A DNA stretch of 64,000 nt from assembly GCF_964355755.1 (NCBI RefSeq), contig NC_092672.1, positions 8,680,001 to 8,744,000 on the forward strand. The letters are read 5' to 3'. This DNA comes from Antedon mediterranea. Lineage: Eukaryota; Animalia; Echinodermata. A program made the position numbers and the translations under genes. Positions 58,040-64,000 of the stretch are shown one piece after another (the first letter of the stretch is position 1; each line of letters begins with the position of its first letter). A model generated the notes under the pieces. That model ran no database searches and had not been told where the DNA came from. It was given only the letters and a program-made list of their open reading frames with translations.

Positions 58040-61000
58040 TAAGAAACATAAACGCATCGTTTGCATTGATCCAAACCGTTGTGATATGTTATTTGACGTT
58101 AGATATAATTTAAGTAGGGTATATAACAGCAGAGACCTCTGTGGACACCTTCTCAAATGATACACGATAAATGTATAGTTTGCCATTTATTTTTTGTTAA
58201 AAGTAGGCCTACTTGCAGTTTACATGATGTCACCATACTTTTTAAGTAAGCCAATCTATATTTCATTACACACAAGTATGCCGCAAAAACTTACACACAG
58301 TTTACTAACCTAGTAGGCCTATATTTTATATCAATAAGGATTTAGAAGGTAAATAGCGTGAATTACGTATTGTCACTCATTTTGTATATGAAAAATGAGA
58401 ATAAAATATCAAACATTTTTAATGTAAGTTACTAACATTTCAACGAAAGCCTACCGGTATTAACTGACCAATAATCAATTTTATAAAATTTATAATAATA
58501 TTATATGCTTACAGTACACTCGTTTGTTTTCAGATTAAATAAAAAAGTTCATTCTGCGTCTCGCTTAAAAAATATAGGGGGTGGGTGGAATATGACACAC
58601 CTACGCACCGTATTCTCTGTAGGCCTACTGTATATATACATATTGTATGGCATTATCTGTCCATAGTCCGCAATACAGTGTCAAAACTACGCCATATTAT
58701 GGTTGGTATGTCACATGTGATACATATGTGACTGTATGACATAATATACCTATGATACTGGACAGGCTATAGATACATCACCGATAATCGGCTACAAGTA
58801 GGAGTAAATCTACAGCAGTACAGCATAGGTCATGTGCAATCAGACGTGGGTAAATTGACACTGTTGAAAATTGAATGACCATCGATGTCTTTCTTTCCGT
58901 AAGACCAAACCAACCATACTTTCTACAAGGCATTGTATGGAAGGACACGAATAATTCTTATATACCAGGAACAGACTTCGACGGCCTTTACATACAGTAG
59001 AGGCGTACCTATGTTACAGTTCTGATGGCACCGGCAAAAGCTGAAAAGTCTTATATATTATATATAAAGTTTTTATATTAAAATAAGCCTAAACTAACTT
59101 GAATGAACAACAGTTTGTTACGGCAATGACCTTAATTAAACCAAGAAATATTTCTTACAAAAAACCCCGCTTGACTTTTTGACTAACATCTTACATACTT
59201 CACACTTTATACTTCTAATACGAGGTGTATATACTTTACCGTACCATAATGATGAACAATAGGCCTAAGGGTATTCAACCGACGTCAAAAAATCAATGTT
59301 TGGACTATGACCCTTCAAAACGTTGGATTGTAGTCTACTGTTTACTTAGATTTGGCATACCATTTTTAAAACATTTATCACAAAAGATCAAGTACTTAAT
59401 ATAAGTCATGTTTGAGGGAGTTGTTATGTCTGAAAACTCGTAGGCCTACCATTAATTCAAAGACAGACGGAAATGTGTTTTATGAAATCGTAAATGAACT
59501 TCTGCAGGTGATTTTTACAATGTTTTGTCGGCAACAGTCTGACAGAAGACATAATCTTTGATTTTTTTTACTACTATATGTTTCCGAAAGGAAGCTAATG
59601 TATGTGATTTATGAGATTTCATACATACAAGTTAAAAAACGAAATGGAGAATATGCCTATATGTTGTGCAATTGAAAAGAATCGGCAACTTAACAACGAC
59701 CACCAATTATTATCGGCGACAATATTGAGAGATTTGTACATTTTCAAAGAAAGCAGTCAATCATATAATTGATAAACTTCTAAGAAAACGACATGTGCTG
59801 TCATCTGTTTTGCCACTGCGTTTAATCAGGGAGCTGGTTTAATGAAGACGTGTAAAATCATATTATGTTGTCTGTTACCATGACGAGTTAGGTTATCTGC
59901 GTTGACAACAGCATTTTGATAGATCAATAATCAATATTGATCATAATTATGTATATGATTTATGGATTAATATTTAGATTCTTACAACAATTTAATGAAT
60001 TTAGATTTTTAGACCAAGAAAAACAAATACACAAATTCGCAATTATTTGCTCACAAAGCGATTTAATCGGAATTTTAAAGATTTCTTTATTGAATAACTG
60101 CGATGAAATAGGAGGTGAAATTATTATCAACATTTTTCCAATAAAGAAATCTTTAAAATTCCATAGGCCTAATCGTTATTTTGGCGGAGTTTTTGTTTAA
60201 ACTTAATTTTAAAGATTTTTTTATTGGATAAATGTTGATGATTATGTTCACCTCCTGTTTTCAAGCAAGCTTAATGCTGAATTAATTAAATAAAAAATGG
60301 AAATAAAACATAATCTTAGTGATCCATCACACATCAAGGTAAAGAAATGTGTTACAAAGCGATCATTTATGGATAGATAATACATTGTATTCAAATCTCG
60401 AATACTGTTCATCAAATATGTGGTTAAGTAGTTTGATTGTCCGGAAACACTAGAAAACATCGCAATAAACATCTTACGGATTTTAGATTTGCATATAGGA
60501 TTAACACTAATCCTCCTAAAAAGTAGGTCTATTTGACAACAATGTTCTTCTAAAAAAAAAGCCAGAAAAAAAGAATAAATTATCAATAAATTGTTAAAAC
60601 AACAAGCTGTTTAATTCGATAAACAACACGGTTAATTATATTCAGTGACGTTTCTGGAATTACGAACTAAATAGGTATTAAATGTCTCAATCCACTTAGA
60701 ATAATAACGAATAATAAAATGTTACTAAAAGGGAGAGAGAGAGAGAATGAAAAGCAATACTTTTCAATGTACCAATATTACACGGAAAATCACAAAATAT
60801 AGAATCAAAATCGGTAAATGATTTTAATATTTAATAGATATTATTTAATTTTAACTAGCTTTTATTGTCAGGAATCAATGCTTAATGATATAATACAGAA
60901 CGGTAAGCCATTCACATTACATGGTTTTACACAATGTAATGACTTCTGTCATAGATTGTAAACATGTTTACAATTTTGCCACAAACTACTTCCACAAACA

Positions 61001-61996
61001 ATTCGTGTTTTAAGCACACGAAACCAATGTATCATAATACGCCAGCCGTGTACTGACTTAAGTTGGTACACATGCTTCAGGGAGACTGCGCACCGACTTT
61101 ATTTCGGAAACATAATGAACCCTACAGCGCGTAGGAGAAACAGAGCGTAAAAGTTAAAATAGTTCAGTAAGATTTACTGCAATCAATCTTTGTTAAATAC
61201 AAATCGTACATAATACCTTCTATCACCGAAAGATAAGTTACGGAACATGTAGTAATACATACGCACGAGCATGGATTATTTACCAGTTTTTAATTACAAC
61301 ATACAAACGGCACGAAGACCGCCTTGATCGTAGTACGGCTTGTTTCGAAGTTCTTAATCCTAAGCTCGGTCTACACTATCAAACGGTATGTGACAACAAA
61401 CTATGACGTTTCCATATGGACATGACGATGTCATATCACTACCATATTTGGGCATATCACTACCATTTTTGGGCAAGAGTTGAATCCAGTTCAACTTTAG
61501 CTATATCGCAAACATTAAAATGGAAGAACTGACCAATCATCTTGGCGAAATAGTACATGACGTCACATAATTGATGGCAATATCCTATTGACTACATTTA
61601 TTTTTGTTTTATCGCGACGCGGTCAAAGCTAGGCCTAGCCAAAGACTATAAAATGATGTTCCGGAAAGTAGGCCTGGCATTAGGTTGGGCTTCAGTCTTC
61701 TAGTCCGAAATGCTATTTGGACTAGGCTAAGCCTAACTACGAATGAAATCTATCAGTATTGATGATATAGTAGTAGGCCTACGTCTCCTACACTGTGAGC
61801 AGTAGAGTCAGGAGAGTCTAGCTCAGGCCTAAATAAGAAACACGTTTATGTTTAAGAAGTAAATATGACACCTATACTATTTATTTACATAGTTAGGAAA
61901 CTACTTAAACCATGGCATAACTATGTATCGCCCTCTTGGGCTCCAAAATTTCTCAGCTTGTGTTTATTAAAGTTAAAATTATTAAATTGTCAAATA

Positions 61997-62352
61997 TTAA
62001 TTTCTCATATGGTTTTTTATGTCGAAATAGTTCAATTTACTTTATTAGATTGAACGTTGAATAACGAGTCTAGATCAATCACAATGAACGTAGATTTATG
62101 ATGCCACTGAAATTATCATCAATTATTATGAAGACTGAGTTTGTTTGTACTCTACGATTATATTTGTACATATTTAATTTCTCATATGGTTTTTTATGCC
62201 GAAATAGTTCAATTAACTCTATTAGATTGAAAGTTATGGAAACAAGGTCGAATAACGAGCCTAGATCAATAAAATGAACGTAGAGACCTAGGCTATTGAA
62301 ATTATCAAATTATTATAAAGACTGATAGTTTGTTTGTTTGTACTCTACGATT
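61997..62352 (+). repeat. Tandem duplication of about 180 bp
   Basis: 'taatttctcatatggttttttatg.cgaaatagttcaatt...tttgtactctacgatt' occurs twice. Confidence 0.88.
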
Positions 62353-63649
62353 GTATTTGGTTACCATACATTTATTTACGGGTAAAGTGCATCTTGTTTG
62401 TGTTTTGTGAAAGTCTCAGGCATGTACCACTAAATACAATTGAAACATTAAATGAAGATGAGTTAATCAAATTGAAACCAAGAGTGTTGAGATCATAGAT
62501 CTTTAAATTGATTAAAGTGTTATTGAATTACAACGGATTAGTCGCGCGGACATATTAAAGGATTAGTAATGGCTTTAGAACGAATAATTTATGATCGGCA
62601 CTTAACACAAAAGTCTAACAGTGACAGGCAATAAGAAACGATATTTAAAATAGTTTTCAGTTTAGGAGCTTGGCTGTATGTTGTTATTTATCAAATAAGC
62701 TTAGGCCTACACTGTGATCAAATGATTTTAACTAGATAAGCCAATTTAGCAACATAATATATTCAAAGATAGGACTAATGTAAATGTGAGATGCAACGGG
62801 ATTGCAAAAAAAAAAAAAAAAAAACCATTTCAAAAACACCTAAACACCAATTAGGCGTGATGCCATGACATTCTACTAGGATGGAGCGGCACAGTTCAAT
62901 CACTCAAAACCGCCACCCGCTAGAGTTAACTATCGTTTGAGTCAGAAGAACTTTCCAGGCCAGTGGGTGATACGTTTAGGCCTACATGAATGCAATGAGA
63001 GCTAAATGTATTTTATTTATAGGAAGGACTTTAATTGTATAATTTATTATTAAAATTACGTCATATTACGCGATTAATAAAGAAACTTCAGATACAAAGT
63101 TGTAGGCCTACGCTTTTATGTGAATGAAAATTGGGCCTACACATACCGTGATAACAACGTGACTTTAGATTACGGAGATAGCCACTACAGAACCGTCCTT
63201 ATTATAACATTTCATGACCTAATGACCCTGTCCTATTTACAATAAGTTCACTCGGTAATTAGATTTTTACGCTTAATTGTAAAGCTGTAAATGAAATTAC
63301 CGTACCTCTTAACTCTCAGTAGTTGATTGGTTAATGATACAAAACGACATTAAAATAACGCGTAACTTATAAACAGCCATTACATTATGATGGAAATGAT
63401 GCATAACATTTTATTAATGAAATAGCTTTTCTTCGTGCATAAGGATGGAATAGTCAACAACCTAATTAAGGTGAATTAAACATACACATGTCAATGTAAT
63501 GTGCGCTATACTGTGACGACGATATCTCGTCAGTTTGTTATATAATGAGACACGGAAAAACAACATTTGACACGCATTCATTGATGAAAATTGCACGGCT
63601 GTTTTTTTGTGAACCACACGTTAGCCCTCAACGTTTAAATTTAGTTAGA

Positions 63650-63835
63650 CTGTACGCCAATTTGTCCTTACGCCAATTGTTGTCCTTTCGGCAATTTAAC
63701 CATACGGCAATTTGTTCATACGGCAACGTGTGCGTGTGTCCGTACGGCAATATTTGTTTGTCACTCGATGAATTATGTCTTTAACGCCATTTGTTTGGCT
63801 TACGGGAGCGGAATTGTTCGTACGGCAACGTTTGT
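63650..63835 (+). repeat. Cluster of short 'tacg(g/c)caa.ttgt' repeats, probably transposon subterminal repeats
   Basis: About 8 degenerate copies of tacggcaa(t/c)(t/g)tg. Confidence 0.55.
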
Positions 63836-64000
63836 CTATTTTGGCCCTAATGGCCGCCCATAACCGACCGCTGCTCTTAGACCGTCTTCAACATAATAGA
63901 TTATAAGTAGACATAACAAAATGAATAATTATTTCACTTGTGCGTACAAGTCAAAGAAAAAAAGGAATAAGCAAGAAACAAATTACAGAATAGTATTCTG

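Overview
AT-rich, intron-rich animal genomic DNA. It is an invertebrate, probably a deuterostome such as an echinoderm; this is inferred from a Deu/Nin-type SINE and vertebrate-like exon phases. Hand-splicing gives four protein-coding genes. (1) The 5' ten coding exons of USP32 (- strand, 20183 to 516, continuing off the left edge). (2) A complete 7-exon C11orf54/PTD012-family Zn hydrolase (+, 21872-33115), head-to-head with USP32. (3) A 2-exon F-box/LRR-type gene (-, 38754-40910). (4) An intronless class A GPCR with several altered activation motifs (-, 55781-56905). An intronless reading frame with seven internal stops at about 50014-51648 ends in a SYCP3/SYCP2-like (Cor1) coiled coil and looks like a decayed copy of a meiotic-axis gene. 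Non-coding DNA is packed with non-autonomous transposons (PIF/Harbinger-, Kolobok-, Tc1/mariner- and Helentron/DINE-1-type), tRNA-derived SINEs, RTE and L2/CR1 fragments and tandem repeats. The most striking unexplained signal is a pervasive set of micro-insertions at TA dinucleotides (TACAGTA, TACTGTA, TACCGTA, TAGGCCTA). They are present in one copy and absent in the other in several paralogous repeat pairs inside this window, as expected for transposon excision footprints. Most short ORFs in the supplied track are spurious. All identifications are by eye and from memory of the families; no searches were run.
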